Source of the DNA: Paracoccus suum
Lineage (GTDB): Bacteria; Pseudomonadota; Alphaproteobacteria; Rhodobacterales; Rhodobacteraceae
Direction: 5' to 3'
Assembly: GCF_003324675.1 (NCBI RefSeq)
Contig: NZ_CP030918.1
Location: 1,770,001 to 1,802,000 of the forward strand
Length of the DNA: 32,000 nt
Part shown: piece by piece, positions 1 to 7,034 of the stretch
How the letters are laid out: each line of letters starts with the position of its first letter
Position numbering within the stretch: the stretch's first letter is position 1
Made by a program: the position numbers and the translations under genes
The notes under the pieces: model-generated
Seen by the model: the letters and a program-made list of their open reading frames with translations, nothing else
Told to the model about the DNA's origin: nothing
The model's database searches: none

Positions 1-699
1 GGAGCCTGAGAGGTTCCGGTTCAGCCGGTGCTCTGCGCCGCTCGCGTGACCGAGTTCATGCAAGGCCGTCCGGTGCCAGTTGATCGGCTCGAAATAGGCG
101 GCTGGCGGAGGGACTTGCACGTAGTCGAGCGACGGAACGTAGAACGCCCGGTTGCCGCCAATGCGGAAATCGATGCCGGTCGCTTTGATGAGCGCCTCCA
201 CCTGGGGCTCGATCATGCCGGGCGGCGGCGGCGGCGCGGTCGCCTCGATGTCTTCGGGCAGGTCGTCGCATTGCGCCGTGTTGAACACCGTGAAGCGCTT
301 CAGGAACGGGATCGCCTGCGCTTCCTCGCCAGCCTCGAAGGCGCGGCGCTTCTCGTCCTCCGGCGTGAAGCGGTCGGCATAGACGACGGTGGTGCCGCGC
401 TCGCCCTTGCGGACATGGCCGCCGAGCGACAGTGCCTGGCGGAAGGTGAGCCAGCCCTGGCCGGGAAAGCCGTGCTCGATGACGGCTCCCCAGAGGATCA
501 GGACATTGATGCCGCTGTAGCTTCGCGAAGTTGCGGCGTTGCGCGGCAGGCCAAGCGGGGCCTTGGCCGCCGACGTGCCCCAAGGCTGGACCCACGGCAC
601 GCGGCCAGCTTCCAGCTCCCCGATGATCTTGTCGGTGATTTCGTCATAGAGGTTCGCCCGGTCGGCTCCGGCACGAACGCGGCGATCGTTTCTGGACAT
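1..699 (-). CDS. ardC: ArdC-like antirestriction protein (ssDNA-binding N-domain plus zincin metallopeptidase); N-terminal 233 aa, C-terminus beyond the left edge
   Basis: My own translation of the minus strand from ATG at 699-697: MSRNDRRVRAGADRANLYDEITDKIIGELEAGRVPWVQPWG...GWLTFRQALSLGGHVRKGERGTTVVY...HRTALHELGHASGAEHRLNR. It shows the ArdC-N/DUF1738-type signature and an HEXXH (HELGH) zincin motif. The frame stays open to position 1. GGAGAG RBS lies 5 nt upstream of the ATG. Confidence 0.85.
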   Translation of the reverse strand, partial: MSRNDRRVRAGADRANLYDEITDKIIGELEAGRVPWVQPWGTSAAKAPLGLPRNAATSRSYSGINVLILWGAVIEHGFPGQGWLTFRQALSLGGHVRKGERGTTVVYADRFTPEDEKRRAFEAGEEAQAIPFLKRFTVFNTAQCDDLPEDIEATAPPPPPGMIEPQVEALIKATGIDFRIGGNRAFYVPSLDYVQVPPPAAYFEPINWHRTALHELGHASGAEHRLNRNLSGS

Positions 700-857
700 C
701 GCGGCTCTCCGCGACGGGCGCCGGAAGCCTCTCCTCCAGCTCTCTACCCGTCACGGCAAAACCGGTCCGCACTCTCACTCTAATAGTTCAGGCACTGCAT
801 CGTGTGGTCGGGCAGCGCCATGATCGGCGCGGTGCGATCAAGTGAAACGGCGCGTGA

Positions 858-1115
858 TCAAGCAGTGCGCTCGGACCGCCAGTGGCCATCTTGGCCCTTG
901 GCGAGCCGCCAGTTCTGCACGGTTACGAGCGTGCCGCGGGCGGTGCGATAGTCGGGAACGGTGAGACGGATGGAATCGCCTTCGGCGCGCCATTCCGCGA
1001 TGACGGTGACGCCGTCGCCGAACTCGACCAGGCAGTCGGGCGCGGCCTTCCCATCATCGTCGACGGTGACGCGGCCTTTCCGAAAGGCATGGCTATGAGG
1101 AAACAGGAAACGCAT
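858..1115 (-). CDS. Hypothetical small protein (85 aa)
   Basis: ATG start preceded by AAGGAGAAAG RBS. GC-rich third positions. Same strand as the neighbouring island genes. No family recognised. Confidence 0.55.
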   Translation of the reverse strand: MRFLFPHSHAFRKGRVTVDDDGKAAPDCLVEFGDGVTVIAEWRAEGDSIRLTVPDYRTARGTLVTVQNWRLAKGQDGHWRSERTA

Positions 1116-1188
1116 TCGGGCGCTTTCTCCTTCTCGGCGTCTTACGCCTTGAAGATCGCGCTGGACGATCGCCTGACAAGGGGGCGTT

Positions 1189-1256
1189 GCGGGGTCTCCC
1201 CGCAGAAGGGGGTGTGCCGGCGACCTTGGCGCCGGCCAGGGGGAAGGCTTTCCCCC
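1189..1256. other. Cluster of three GC-rich stem-loops in the intergenic region
   Basis: gcgggg-tct-ccccgc (1189-1203), gccggcg-accttgg-cgccggc (1216-1236), gggggaa-ggct-ttccccc (1239-1256). Located 16 nt downstream of the stop of the 1272-1649 gene. No clear U-tract on the minus strand. Confidence 0.35.
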
Positions 1257-1271
1257 TTCACCTGAATTTGC

Positions 1272-1649
1272 TCACCTGGTCCCGGCCTGCTTCCGACGAC
1301 GGGCCACGGTACGAACGCCAGCACTATCGCCCATGGTCATGTCACCCAGGCTATGGAGATGAAGCGCCGGATGCGATGGCAGCGTCACCGTAAGTTCGAG
1401 CTTGCCGCCGACGGCCTCGACATAGCTGCGCAGCGTCGAGAGATACATATCCGCCTGCTTTTCGATCTTGGACACCGACGGCTGCTTGATGTTGAGGGCC
1501 GAGGCGATGTCTTCCTGCGCTTTGCCGGCGATCTGGCGCAGCTCGCGCAGACCCTCGACCTCCTGCCGCAGTTCCTGATAGCGCGCTTCGATAGCTGCCT
1601 GTTCGTCAGCAGGAAGCCCGGCAATGATTTCGTTCAGGCTCCGAGCCAT
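1272..1649 (-). CDS. XRE-family HTH protein, HigA-like antitoxin of the kind partnered with Gp49/DUF891 (RelE/ParE-superfamily) toxins; orphan copy 1
   Basis: 125 aa. The stretch LRELRQIAGKAQEDIASALNIKQPSVSKIEKQADMYLSTLRSYVEAVGGKLELTV is the typical HTH plus C-terminal beta segment of this antitoxin class. It sits directly downstream of a toxin remnant. Confidence 0.85.
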   Translation of the reverse strand: MARSLNEIIAGLPADEQAAIEARYQELRQEVEGLRELRQIAGKAQEDIASALNIKQPSVSKIEKQADMYLSTLRSYVEAVGGKLELTVTLPSHPALHLHSLGDMTMGDSAGVRTVARRRKQAGTR

Positions 1650-1650
1650 C

Positions 1651-1788
1651 TCAACGTCCCTTCTTTGCGGATTTCAGGCTTTCCACATGCTCGGAAAACC
1701 GTAGATCCGCTTTTGCGATGAGCTGCCGGTAGAACCGCTGCTGACTCTCGCCGGATGCATCGCCCGCTACGCGCCCGATAGTGCTATT
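1651..1788 (-). pseudogene. C-terminal remnant of a Gp49/HigB-like (RelE/ParE superfamily) toxin gene
   Basis: The open frame gives NSTIGRVAGDASGESQQRFYRQLIAKADLRFSEHVESLKSAKKGR*. This resembles the conserved toxin C-terminus (..GGDK.GD.R[WF]Y...IP.AD.l...Hl..l...G). There is no in-frame start. An upstream ATG (1799-1797) is out of frame and terminates after 10 codons. The stop lies 1 nt before the antitoxin ATG. Confidence 0.6.
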
Positions 1789-1794
1789 TCAACG

Positions 1795-1823
1795 TTCATA
1801 GCCTCAAAGCTATACCGGATCAA
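1795..1823 (-). promoter_or_regulatory. Candidate sigma70-type promoter P1 with a palindromic operator in the spacer
   Basis: The minus strand reads TTGATC (1823-1818), a 17-nt spacer, then TATGAA (1800-1795). The spacer contains ATAGC-N6-GCTAT. It is homologous to the element at 7010-7038. Confidence 0.5.
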
Positions 1824-1903
1824 CAAAACCACACGCGACCAAGCGAGTGATCATCCACCGTGGAGTACCGCCCCGATCGCTAGACACTTTATCGAGCGGA
1901 CTT

Positions 1904-2791
1904 TCAGATCGTGAAAGCGGGTCTCGGTCCCGGCCAATCGGGATCGGTTTCCATCTGGCTTGCGAGATCGGCTGCTGCGACCCGCCTCAGGCTAGACGCC
2001 GCAATGAATTGGACACCGAGCGCCAACCTGACAACCGAAAGCCGCTTCAAGCCTGCGGGCTTATATCGGCTCGCAACATAGGGCGGCAGGCTCGCCACCA
2101 CGGCTTGAACTCGCGCATCGTCGCGGTGCGGCCGTGCGGTAGCCATACGCTGGGCGAGCACAGCCAAGTTGTGACCGTCCTTGCCTTTTCGGAAAGAGTC
2201 GGGATCGACACCATCCCAAACCAATGCTGCCTTTATGGACAGCTCGGCGGCCATGCAGATTGGCTGTACTACCGAGTCGTGGCTGAACGAGGTGGGCAAT
2301 GTGTTCGCCACGTCTTCGAGATTCGACCCCGCCATCCGCCAGAGCGTCACCGCGCCAGCATTGCGTTGCTCAACCTCGTTGAGACCCATTGTGAAATCGT
2401 GAATGTCCGCGCCGGCAAAGGCGACGCCAGCGGCGATCGACCGATCTTGGCGGCACCAATTCCACCATTCCTCCGCATTCTCGAAGCCCGTTATCTGCCA
2501 AGGCTGGAGAGAATTCTGACCGAACAGGACGGGGAAAACGGCCTTTCGCACCTGATCGACCGAAGCTACCAATCCGATTCCGGCACCGGGCCAACTCGTC
2601 TCGACTTCCGGCATCATGGCCGCATAAGCATCCATGATGCGTTTGACCTCGGGATTGCCGCCAACCCCCATCACGAAACTGGAGCCGAGCAACTCCATCG
2701 CGGCCCGGAACGGCCGCTGGTGAATGTGAACACCATTCTCGGCATATTTCAGATCCAATCGGCGCAGATCGTCCGCCGTCCACCTACTCAT
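1904..2791 (-). CDS. Uncharacterised protein (295 aa) with a HEPN-like helix; last gene of the operon
   Basis: ATG with AGGAGA RBS 6 nt upstream and a 9-nt gap to the preceding gene. The segment AELSIKAALVWDGVDPDSFRKGKDGHNLAVLAQRM (R201-x5-H207) resembles the HEPN R-x4-6-H / K.HDL..L helix. Confidence 0.75.
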   Translation of the reverse strand: MSRWTADDLRRLDLKYAENGVHIHQRPFRAAMELLGSSFVMGVGGNPEVKRIMDAYAAMMPEVETSWPGAGIGLVASVDQVRKAVFPVLFGQNSLQPWQITGFENAEEWWNWCRQDRSIAAGVAFAGADIHDFTMGLNEVEQRNAGAVTLWRMAGSNLEDVANTLPTSFSHDSVVQPICMAAELSIKAALVWDGVDPDSFRKGKDGHNLAVLAQRMATARPHRDDARVQAVVASLPPYVASRYKPAGLKRLSVVRLALGVQFIAASSLRRVAAADLASQMETDPDWPGPRPAFTI

Positions 2792-2800
2792 TTGGGTCTC

Positions 2801-3631
2801 CTACCGACCGTTGGCTAAGCGCCGGAGGAAGGTTCGCGCGGTAACAAGCACGACGTGGAGACGGAAGGTGCTGTGATCCTCGTCCGAAAGACCGGGGTGC
2901 GATCCTTCGGTGTGCAGCATCTTGAAAAGGCCATTGACGTAGTTCTTCCCGTCTCCGGTCCATTCATTGCGGCTCGTCGACAAGAAGCCGATTTCCGCCA
3001 GCAATGCCCGGCGATTTTCGGAGCTGGGCCTTTTCGCTGCATCTTCCGGGCGGACGTTGCGGGCAATGTCGTCGAACAGGCTTTCAAGGAATGTGCGAAG
3101 TTGTCCGTTGCAGGCAGCCCAATCGCCGCGGGTGTGCGCCTCGATCGCTTGATCGAGATGACCGAGTGGGGTCATGAAAGCGAAGGATTTTAGGAGCCGA
3201 TGCACTTCATCGTCGGTTTCGGGAAGCTGGATTTCTCCCGGCAGCGCGGCTCGAATTGATGCGTTCCGACCATTGTCGTCCCAGACCAACACAAAGGCAT
3301 CGCGGGCAAGCCCACGGGCAAACGCCGTCTGCAATGGATGAATCGCGTCGGGTTGTGCCAGCAGCGCCGCTTGGCGCACGACGGCTTCGCCGAGCGTCAT
3401 GCGACCATCGAGCGTGTCGAGGATTGCATCGACGCGCTGGACGACAATGCGTCCAAGCAGATCGCATTTTTTCGCGACGCTGATGCCGGTATCTGACGAA
3501 ATCTCATCCTCAAGCGCGAGACGAAGCACAACCTGGTTGAAGCGCGCCTGGCTGTGCTGTTCGAGCAGTTCGACGGCAGCAATCAGGGTCGGACGGGTGA
3601 AGGGAGCTGATTGCATTGGCGGGCTACTCAA
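2801..3631 (-). CDS. Uncharacterised protein (276 aa from TTG at 3631, or 271 aa from ATG at 3616); fifth gene of the operon
   Basis: Coherent protein-like translation. The start either overlaps the ATPase stop by 8 nt (TTG) or lies 7 nt after it (ATG). The C-terminal helical region is LRTFLESLFDDIAR...LFKMLHTEGSHPGLSDEDHSTFRLHVVLVTARTFLRRL. No family recognised. Confidence 0.75.
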   Translation of the reverse strand: MSSPPMQSAPFTRPTLIAAVELLEQHSQARFNQVVLRLALEDEISSDTGISVAKKCDLLGRIVVQRVDAILDTLDGRMTLGEAVVRQAALLAQPDAIHPLQTAFARGLARDAFVLVWDDNGRNASIRAALPGEIQLPETDDEVHRLLKSFAFMTPLGHLDQAIEAHTRGDWAACNGQLRTFLESLFDDIARNVRPEDAAKRPSSENRRALLAEIGFLSTSRNEWTGDGKNYVNGLFKMLHTEGSHPGLSDEDHSTFRLHVVLVTARTFLRRLANGR

Positions 3632-5387
3632 ACCGCAGGCCGAATAGCCCCCCAGTGTCGGTCGCGTCGGTCAGCTTCGTGTCCATGACATGGGAGCGGA
3701 TATTGAACCCGGCCTTGAACCCTTCACGCGGCAGCGCGTCAGAGTTCATTGTGACAATGTACTGAAACCCGGCAGCCTCAGCCCGTTCGGCGCCGAGTTG
3801 CAACGCCTTAGCAACCTGCCTTTCGTCCACCCCATCGAATAGATGGCTGTCATGGACCAGAAAGCCGGGACCGCGCCCATTCTTAAGGCTAATCTCGGTC
3901 AACATGAGATCGAAGCAGAATATCTGCATATTGGTAATGCCCTTGCTTCGTTGTCCATCGATATGGACCTCGAATTGGGGGCCGCTTCCGGTCTCGCCAA
4001 TCGTTAGGCTGCCAGCCTTTTCGTAAAGGGACTCCGAGAGCGACTCGAAAATGAGGATAGCCTCGCGGATGATGTCGGTCCGCTCGTGAATATCGTCGCG
4101 TAGCGCCTTGGTCAGGTTGGCCCGTTCGATGTCGAGTTCAGCCTTGGTGCTTTCGATCCGTTCAGCGGTATCGAGCCGCTGGCGAAGTCCCTCGACCTCA
4201 GCCTCGGCCCGGCCGGCTTCTTCGCGCAGCGATGTATAATGTTCGAGTGCTCCACCGGAGCGCAGCACACCCATTATCTGACGACGCCGACGGTCGCGCT
4301 CGGCTGTGCGCTGATCGCGTTCAGCGATGCGGGCCTCTGCCGAGGTGATCTCGGCGGTCAAGTGCGCGCGCCGGTTCTCGATGATAGTTCGGTGGAAGCG
4401 CTCCACCTCGTCGAAACGCCGCCGCACCATGTCGGGGAGGACGACGCCGGCCTCCGCATAGAGTTTCGTAACGTCGCCCAAGTCGGGCGCATCCTCATCA
4501 ACCAGCGACGCGCGAAGCTGTTGCAGGAGATCGCCGTCGATCACATTCTCGACGTTCATCCCGTCAATTTCGCGCGTAATTTCGTTCGCCTCACGCTCCA
4601 GAGCTTTGTATTCAGGCACTACCTCAAACGTTTCAAGCTGCTGGCGAAGCCGCACGGCACGAGCCTCCGCGACAGTCAGCTTCGTTCTGAGATCGGCCGC
4701 TTTGCCGAAGAAGCGGCCAAGATCGCCGCTGCGGGCTGCCTTACGCAGTTCCTGAGCGACCTTCTCCTGCGCGCGCAGTTCCTGAAAGCGGCCGGGAATA
4801 CTCCAGTCGAGGCCAAGCAGATAGCAGATCGAGACCTGCTGATCCCACGGCTGCTGCATTCCCGAATGTTGCATTGGCTGCTGAAAGCCGCCGCTGTTCT
4901 GACGACGGACGAAATAGGAGAAGAGCGAGCGGAACGACGGCTGGAAACGCTCGGCTTCGTCGCCCGCCGAAATGGGCAGGTCGAACCAAAGCTGACCGAG
5001 GTTGGCTTTCCAGTTCTCATTCGATAACTCGAACAGGCCGGCGCGCGTGTCGAACTGCGGCGGGATCGGCCAGTTCTCGACGGCGCCATTGACAAAGACC
5101 CGGCTCGGCTTGGCGCCGCTACGGGCCGCCGAGATGGTTTCTTGCGCAATGTCGACGGAGACGTCGAAGGTCCATGCCGTCAGCGCATCAGAACGGAATA
5201 TGCTATCCTTGCGCGCGTCGGCGCCAAACAAGAAATGGACCAGCTCGATGAAACTGGTCTTGCCCGCACCATTCCTCGACTGGCGATCGTTGGCGCCTTC
5301 GCTCTTGTCGGCCAGCAGGATGTTCAAACCCGGCTTGAAGGTCAGTGTCTTGAAAGACGCGAGGTCGCTGCCGAAACGGCGGATCAT
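3624..5387 (-). CDS. ABC-3C-type ABC/SMC-like ATPase with a coiled-coil insert (DUF2326-like C-terminus), 587 aa
   Basis: Walker A NGAGKTS (aa 39-45). Long Arg/Glu/Leu-rich coiled-coil at roughly aa 200-470. Signature-like GQRSKGITNMQIFCFDLML. Walker B/D-loop GFLVHDSHLFDGVD. ATGA start/stop overlap with the upstream 81-aa gene. Confidence 0.85.
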   Translation of the reverse strand: MIRRFGSDLASFKTLTFKPGLNILLADKSEGANDRQSRNGAGKTSFIELVHFLFGADARKDSIFRSDALTAWTFDVSVDIAQETISAARSGAKPSRVFVNGAVENWPIPPQFDTRAGLFELSNENWKANLGQLWFDLPISAGDEAERFQPSFRSLFSYFVRRQNSGGFQQPMQHSGMQQPWDQQVSICYLLGLDWSIPGRFQELRAQEKVAQELRKAARSGDLGRFFGKAADLRTKLTVAEARAVRLRQQLETFEVVPEYKALEREANEITREIDGMNVENVIDGDLLQQLRASLVDEDAPDLGDVTKLYAEAGVVLPDMVRRRFDEVERFHRTIIENRRAHLTAEITSAEARIAERDQRTAERDRRRRQIMGVLRSGGALEHYTSLREEAGRAEAEVEGLRQRLDTAERIESTKAELDIERANLTKALRDDIHERTDIIREAILIFESLSESLYEKAGSLTIGETGSGPQFEVHIDGQRSKGITNMQIFCFDLMLTEISLKNGRGPGFLVHDSHLFDGVDERQVAKALQLGAERAEAAGFQYIVTMNSDALPREGFKAGFNIRSHVMDTKLTDATDTGGLFGLRFE

Positions 5388-5629
5388 GGTTGAACCCTCC
5401 GCACCAGGCCGCGATCGAAGTCAACGGCACCAATCGTGAAGAGCAGGTCGAGCGAGAGAATGAACCACTGATAGTCAATGGGAGCATTGGGCGCATGAAG
5501 CGAACGGCGTCCGCGCATCTCGTCCCACAGCCGCGACATCGTCATCGGTCGCTTTAGAATATCGAGAACCTCTGCGCCAACGCCAATGAGCGCGCGATCG
5601 GGACGGACATGCTTTGTCGGGAGGATCAT
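5384..5629 (-). CDS. ABC-3C middle component-like small protein (81 aa)
   Basis: Its size, position between the effector and the ATPase, and pattern (PDRALIGVGAEVLDILKRPMTMSRLWDEM....IDYQWFILSLDLLFTIGAVDF) are typical of the small MC proteins. ATGA overlaps at both ends. Confidence 0.8.
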   Translation of the reverse strand: MILPTKHVRPDRALIGVGAEVLDILKRPMTMSRLWDEMRGRRSLHAPNAPIDYQWFILSLDLLFTIGAVDFDRGLVRRVQP

Positions 5630-6540
5630 GATGCCTCCACAGAAATGATGGTCGGATCTTCGAAGATGTCGCAGCTATCGAAAAAATAAGCGAGGACTGC
5701 CAGCGCCGCTCCCTGACGCTTCGGCTCGCCATTGAAGCCGGCATAATCCTGAAGGTGCTTGAAAATCGTGTCGGCCGGAAGATCGAGAGCTTTCAGCTCG
5801 GCATATCGCAGTCGGAAAGCCTCGGCGATGCGCTCGCCGAGATCGGGACGGGGAATTTTCTGGAAGAATGTATCAACGAGCGCCGACTTCCGTCGACCAA
5901 TGCGCAGAAACAGGCCCGATTCCTCGGATAGTGCGTTTTTTTCCAGCTTTTCCGGCGACGGCGGCGTCAGTGGCGGATCGCTTGGATTGGGCTCCTGCCG
6001 CTGGAGCGCCTCGATGATCGGCACCAGATCAGACATGACGAGGCGATCCACGATCGCTATCGAAGCCGCAGGACCGAAGAGGGCCTGAAGCGCGGCCAGA
6101 TCGAGCATCATGGTAAGATCCAGCAACTCCGGCTCGGACCAAGTGGTAATGAGCAGCGGCGCATGAGCCTGACGAAGGCCGTCAATATGCTGAACCGCGT
6201 TCGGCGGGAGTCCGCGCCCGTCGTTATGGACGAAGACCCACTCCAGCATGTTGCCGTTCCAATGGGCACGGGCACCGTGAAAGTCTTCATCGACTTTGGC
6301 GATGAGGTCGGCTTCCTTCATGGCATCGGGGGCGTAGCACTGGAAAACCGAGCCGGAGCTGATCCGGCGGCCATCGCATTTCAGGTCCCCATAGGGACCG
6401 TAGGGGCGGACCTCCTCGAAATCAGCACCGAGGGCATGGCCTGCGAGAAGCACGAACCAATCCTGAAAGGCGGTGCCTTTTTTGGTGTGAAACGCCAAAC
6501 GGAAACGATCAACGTAGATGGACCGCTGCAACTCATCCAT
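5626..6540 (-). CDS. ABC-3C effector-like protein (304 aa): Mrr/PD-(D/E)xK-like N-terminal domain plus helical C-terminal domain
   Basis: Start taken at ATG 6540 (MDELQRS...), overlapping the XRE stop as ATGGATGA. The N-terminus FQDWFVLLAGHALGADFEEVRPYGPYGDLKCDGRRISSGSVFQCY resembles the Mrr-cat motif FE..v..ll...G....GDgGiDG....vQcK. The C-terminal half is helical, as expected for the shared C-terminal domains of ABC-3C effectors. Confidence 0.8.
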   Translation of the reverse strand: MDELQRSIYVDRFRLAFHTKKGTAFQDWFVLLAGHALGADFEEVRPYGPYGDLKCDGRRISSGSVFQCYAPDAMKEADLIAKVDEDFHGARAHWNGNMLEWVFVHNDGRGLPPNAVQHIDGLRQAHAPLLITTWSEPELLDLTMMLDLAALQALFGPAASIAIVDRLVMSDLVPIIEALQRQEPNPSDPPLTPPSPEKLEKNALSEESGLFLRIGRRKSALVDTFFQKIPRPDLGERIAEAFRLRYAELKALDLPADTIFKHLQDYAGFNGEPKRQGAALAVLAYFFDSCDIFEDPTIISVEAS

Positions 6541-6913
6541 GGCGCCGCCTTGGCGTCGGATCGTCGCTCTTCTTCCGCACCGATGCGGCTCTGACAGGTA
6601 CAAGATCGCCAAGATGATGAATCCGCAGCACCGGCCGCTTGGGTAGCTTGACAGTCAGCTCCAATTCGCCGCCGACGGCTTCCACATAATTGCGCAAAGT
6701 CGAGAGGTGCATGTCACTCTGCTTCTCGATCTTGGAGACGGACGGCTGCGTAATATTCAAAGCGGATGCGATATCCGCCTGCGCTTTGCCTGCGATCTGA
6801 CGAAGTTCGCGCAAACCCTCGACCTCTTGTGTCATATCCTGCTGACGCGCATCTATGACGGCCTGCTGGTCGTGAGGAAGGAGAGCATCGATATGGTCGG
6901 TGCTTCTACCCAT
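6533..6913 (-). CDS. XRE-family HTH protein, HigA-like; paralogue of 1272-1649 and first gene of the ABC-3C-type operon
   Basis: Start taken at ATG 6913 (MGRSTDHIDALLPHDQQAVI...), giving 126 aa. Roughly three quarters of the positions are identical by eye to the 1272-1649 product over QEVEGLRELRQIAGKAQ.DIASALNI.QPSVSKIEKQ.DM.LSTLR.YVEAVGG.LELTV. Confidence 0.85.
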   Translation of the reverse strand: MGRSTDHIDALLPHDQQAVIDARQQDMTQEVEGLRELRQIAGKAQADIASALNITQPSVSKIEKQSDMHLSTLRNYVEAVGGELELTVKLPKRPVLRIHHLGDLVPVRAASVRKKSDDPTPRRRHG

Positions 6914-7034
6914 CTTGCTGTCCTTCCTTGATACGTGTTGGCATGGTGACGTTGCTGCCAAACGACAGATCAGCCAATGCCGTGATTCCTTCGACAATAG
7001 ATCTGCGTTTGTATAGCTTTAAGGCTATGTCCGG
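6906..7034 (-). pseudogene. Possible second toxin remnant (weak)
   Basis: The frame without a start codon gives PDIALKLYKRRSIVEGITALADLSFGSNVTMPTRIKEGQQDG*. It aligns loosely with the toxin C-terminus at 1651-1788 ([FL]Y...I..ADL.F...V......K.G). Its TAG overlaps the XRE ATG (GATGGGTAG). Confidence 0.3.

Noticed and set aside
28-783. 251-aa plus-strand ORF and 179-aa minus-strand ORF (56-595) at the left edge.
   Set aside because: A third reading, on the minus strand from ATG 699 and open to position 1, gives a clear ArdC-like protein. The listed ORFs are shadow frames of it.
6541-6997. Longer N-terminal extensions of the effector (to 6612) and of XRE copy 2 (to 6997).
   Set aside because: The extensions have no similarity to the paralogue or to expected domains. 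The shorter ATG starts (6540, 6913) give the tight stop/start overlaps seen throughout the operon and match the length of XRE copy 1.
1797-7029. 19-nt sequences catagcctcaaagctatac (1797-1815) and gtatagctttaaggctatg (7011-7029) look like terminal inverted repeats bracketing a 5.2-kb transposable cassette.
   Set aside because: The motif is itself palindromic (ATAGC-N6-GCTAT), which creates the inverted-repeat appearance. The extended similarity, including -35 and -10 boxes at fixed 17-nt spacing, is direct with respect to the two paralogous XRE genes. No transposase or target-site duplication is present. A promoter/operator reading fits better.
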